Source: Styela clava (lineage: Eukaryota). From it: a stretch of 64,000 nucleotides of DNA. The translations under genes and the position numbers were made by a program. Below the pieces are notes generated by a model, which was given only the letters and a program-made list of their open reading frames with translations, was not told where the DNA came from and did no database searches. This document shows positions 62,522-64,000 of the stretch, piece by piece. Each line of letters starts with the position of its first letter. Within the stretch, counting starts at the first letter, position 1. The stretch spans positions 12,524,001 to 12,588,000 of the forward strand of contig NC_135262.1 in the NCBI RefSeq assembly GCF_964204865.1, written 5' to 3'.

Positions 62522-64000
62522 GTATGTACCGATCACAACTAATTACCATATTTCTCTGTGAATCGCACCTGTGGATAATACGCACCCAGGTTTTAGTACA
62601 TTTTTAACGAGAATTTTCCATGCACTCCATGTATGATACGCATATCAAAATTCCGTCCTCTCTTGCCTTGTAGGTATTTTTTCCGGACGTTTCAGGCATT
62701 CAGGCCTTTTGTTAACTATATATATATATATATATATATATACATCTATTTGCTGCATTTCGGTCACATGTTATTTTTTGCTGCAGTTGGGCTACTCGTT
62801 TTCTGTGGCATATGGTGAGCCACTCACAGCGTTATTTTTAGCGGTTTTCAATAAAAAATGGTATGACGAAATTTCACGCAAGTAATACAGTTCGTTTTAA
62901 ATATAGTGGAGTTGGTGCCCAATCGTCGTCGCCCAATTCCGAGGGACTACGTTATTTAGCCTATTTGCGGGAATGAGGAACATCATTGGATATGGTCGAC
63001 ACCGCGAGCTGGCTATTTAATCATAGTCCATTATTAAAAACGTTCGCGCTTCCCCTAAATGCTTTGATTGTAAGCCACTGCCCACCCCGTTGAATATATT
63101 TGTGAAAATATAGTCTGCAAAACGCTCTGCCCGGAAACAGAGCTCAATGACCTGTAAACATTGAAATCACTCGAGTGTGACTAGATTGACGGGTACTCGC
63201 ATCCGAGACCCAAAAACCCGATTTTGCAAAAAAAAAAAACTCTTCCTTTGGCCTGATCACTTTTGTGGGTTTTGTAGACATCGTGACAGACCTTCTTGCC
63301 AAGTTTGGCACGGATTAGTTCCCTGTAAAATGTTCGTTTGTTCCCGAAACCCCGAATATACTTTCGTATCAAGTTTCTTCGTGCGTAACGACATCTGACT
63401 CCGACTGCGCTTTCGAACTGAAGTGCTCTCGGTTGCCTAATCATAAATAACCATAAATTCTCGTGTAACAGACGATATTAGACCATGCACATGAAAATAT
63501 GAGACTACTCATTTAATTATTTTTATACTCGTAATAGATGACACACATGGAAAAATAATAAATTGACAGTATACATACTGAAAAGTATTGTTCAGGAATT
63601 GTTCAGAACTAAAATCTCATCGTCTACAAAATTATATTTTGCGAAGTAATTGCAATTTCAAAAATAGAATAGACTATTTTATTGAGATCAAAGTGTAACC
63701 TGAAAAGAGATCTAATAGCGATTTTTTGAAAGTTGTTCATAGTGGAGTTTTGAATACCACATGACAAAATTTCCATAATTTCATAAATTGGATTATCTGT
63801 TAAATGACTTATTGCTGAAAGTTACGAAGTCGTGAGTTGAACTTCAAACACATATAAATGAGCGAATTTTCAGTCAAACTTAATTTTTTTTTGCATTAGT
63901 CGATGTGGGAATTTTATATTTATATCTTTATATTTGACCTCGGACTCCAAAATGGAAAATTTGTTCTATTGCATTTGGATTAAAATTTTTAGTATATTCG

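Larger units (their letters stand above)
45955..62680 (+). repeat. Segmental duplication, copy B (may continue beyond the window)
   Basis: Direct repeat of 20998-37007 with three additional TSD-flanked insertions. Confidence 0.95.

Noticed and set aside
62700-64000. ORFs at 63177-63444
   Set aside because: No recognisable domain. Likely the interior of a repeat following the pogo-like end at ~62547.
1-64000. CRISPR arrays, rRNA or bona fide tRNA genes, prokaryotic operons
   Set aside because: None seen. The only Pol III A/B-box signal belongs to a SINE, and the genes are spliceosomal.

Overview
AT-rich, intron-rich animal genomic DNA, probably an invertebrate. An ascidian or tunicate is a plausible but unproven guess. 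All gene models were spliced by hand from GT-AG sites and reading frame. From left to right the window holds: (1) the first two coding exons of a CLCA gene (-); (2) a complete 6-exon GT10 alpha-1,3-fucosyltransferase (-); (3) a cluster of 12-exon firefly-luciferase/4-coumarate-CoA-ligase-like ANL adenylating enzymes, made of one minus-strand copy with a single +1 frameshift, two intact plus-strand copies and two 5'-truncated pseudogenes; (4) a ~14-exon, ~485-aa gene that the ORF track shows only as fragments, with an N-terminal LRR-like region and a disordered tail built from symmetric phase-1 mini-exons. The block 20998-~37007 recurs as a direct repeat at 45955-~62680. The second copy starts at the exact terminal base of a CACTA/EnSpm-like element, which itself carries a hAT element with a 518-aa transposase ORF. 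Numerous MITEs (hAT/Buster, Merlin-like, pogo-like, Sola- or mariner-like, Helentron HINE), a tRNA-derived SINE and a likely P-type excision footprint are also present. The best leads are the ANL enzyme family (A8 Gly replaced by Thr, variable substrate pocket, no PTS1), the hidden LRR/mini-exon gene, and the transposon-end-anchored duplication.
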